Source: an uncultured Marivita sp. (GTDB lineage Bacteria; Pseudomonadota; Alphaproteobacteria; Rhodobacterales; Rhodobacteraceae). Taken from it: a DNA stretch of 64,000 bases. The position numbers and the translations under genes are program-made. Under the pieces are notes generated by a model. It ran no database searches, was not told the DNA's origin, and saw nothing but the letters and a program-made list of their open reading frames with translations. Position 1 is the stretch's first letter. Each line of letters begins with the position of its first letter. Where the stretch lies: the NCBI RefSeq assembly GCF_947488135.1, contig NZ_CANKYW010000011.1, forward strand, positions 2,206 to 66,205, written 5' to 3'. Shown here piece by piece: positions 63,268-64,000 of this stretch.

Positions 63268-64000
63268 ATGCCGCTGTCGGTCGGCTCTCTTAGCAAGACG
63301 AAGGGCGGTGTCACGGACCCGGGGCGCGTCTCCCCGCGTGAAGAGACAAGCTTCGTGGAGGCCGCCTGGCTTTATTACCATGACGGGCTGAACCAGAACG
63401 AGATCGCCGAGCGGATGCGGATCAGCCGTGCCTCGGTGGTGAACTACCTCAACGAGGCGCGCGCCCGCGATTGGGTGCGGGTTCATCTGGACAGCGATGT
63501 GTTCCGGGGGCACCGCCTTGCCGCAGAGCTTTGCGCGGTCTACGGCCTGACCGAGGCGCTGGTAGTGCCGGACGATCCGGCGGACAGTCAGGCGAGTATC
63601 GGACGCGTGACACGGGCCGCCGCCGACTGGCTGCCCCGCCTGCTCGAACCCGGTGACCGGCTAGGCGTGTCCTGGGGGGCGACCGTGTACCAGATGGCGC
63701 AGCAGATGCCCTACACGCCGGTGCCTGACCTGACGGTGATCCAGCTTCTGGGATCGCGCCCTGCCGCCCCCGGTTTCGAGGCTGAGGCCTGCACGTCCAT
63801 GCTGGCGCATCGCCTGGGTGGGCAGTGCATCAACCTGCATGTGCCGCTGGTCCTGTCCAGCAAGGCCCTGCGCGATGCGCTCTGCGCCGAACCCGTCGTG
63901 TATGACCAGCTCGAGGCGCTGGCGACCTGCAACAAGACGGTTCTGGCCTGCGGCACTTGCGACACCGACGCCCACGTGGTGCGCAGCGGCATCCTGACCG
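63268..64000 (+). CDS. SorC/DeoR-type sugar-binding transcriptional regulator (3' partial; absent from the ORF track because no stop is in the window)
   Basis: My own translation from ATG 63268 is open to the window end. AAWLYYHDGLNQNEIAERMRISRASVVNYLNEARARDWVRVHL is the SorC N-terminal HTH pattern. Confidence 0.75.
   Translation, partial: MPLSVGSLSKTKGGVTDPGRVSPREETSFVEAAWLYYHDGLNQNEIAERMRISRASVVNYLNEARARDWVRVHLDSDVFRGHRLAAELCAVYGLTEALVVPDDPADSQASIGRVTRAAADWLPRLLEPGDRLGVSWGATVYQMAQQMPYTPVPDLTVIQLLGSRPAAPGFEAEACTSMLAHRLGGQCINLHVPLVLSSKALRDALCAEPVVYDQLEALATCNKTVLACGTCDTDAHVVRSGILT

Noticed and set aside
1-64000. Scan for CRISPR arrays, tRNA/rRNA genes and long tandem repeats.
   Set aside because: No regularly spaced direct repeats, cloverleaf-like or rRNA-like segments were noticed by eye. 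A tRNAscan, Infernal or CRISPR-finder run would be needed for certainty.

Overview
High-GC alphaproteobacterial (Rhodobacterales/Rhizobiales-like) repABC conjugative plasmid segment with a mosaic composition. No rRNA, tRNA or CRISPR array was seen. From left to right: (i) An AT-richer islet with a zinc-hook Rad50/SMC-like ATPase whose operon is cut by the window edge. (ii) A DNA-transfer module, virD4 / VirD2-like relaxase / mobC, with a T-DNA-border-like nick candidate. (iii) About 21 kb of co-oriented minus-strand genes that fit a conjugative leading region: DUF736, SLOG/DUF2493, methyltransferase-helicase, PrlF-YhaV, ParB-like, DUF3768, ArdC and many unknowns. This block is interrupted by an oppositely oriented AT-rich islet carrying an AAA+ ATPase / cytoplasmic S8 protease operon (IetAS-like defence candidate), next to a frameshifted rhomboid gene. 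(iv) A maintenance block: Xre-RES TA, two perfect 16-bp parS-like palindromes, repABC with a predicted counter-transcribed RNA, and a serine resolvase divergent from parDE. It also holds a Xer-like tyrosine recombinase whose dif-like sites bracket a DUF1403/ScpB-like gene pair, and a class II Fic protein. (v) About 25 kb of metabolic cargo: a YqjG/VOC/DoxX quinone cluster, an RpiR-ABC importer, TRAP transporter + gluconokinase, an IS630 element among decayed genes, a ribose-type ABC importer, and mtnK-mtnA. Coordinates of non-ORF motifs were anchored on neighbouring start/stop codons. Family assignments come from motif recognition by eye, not from searches.
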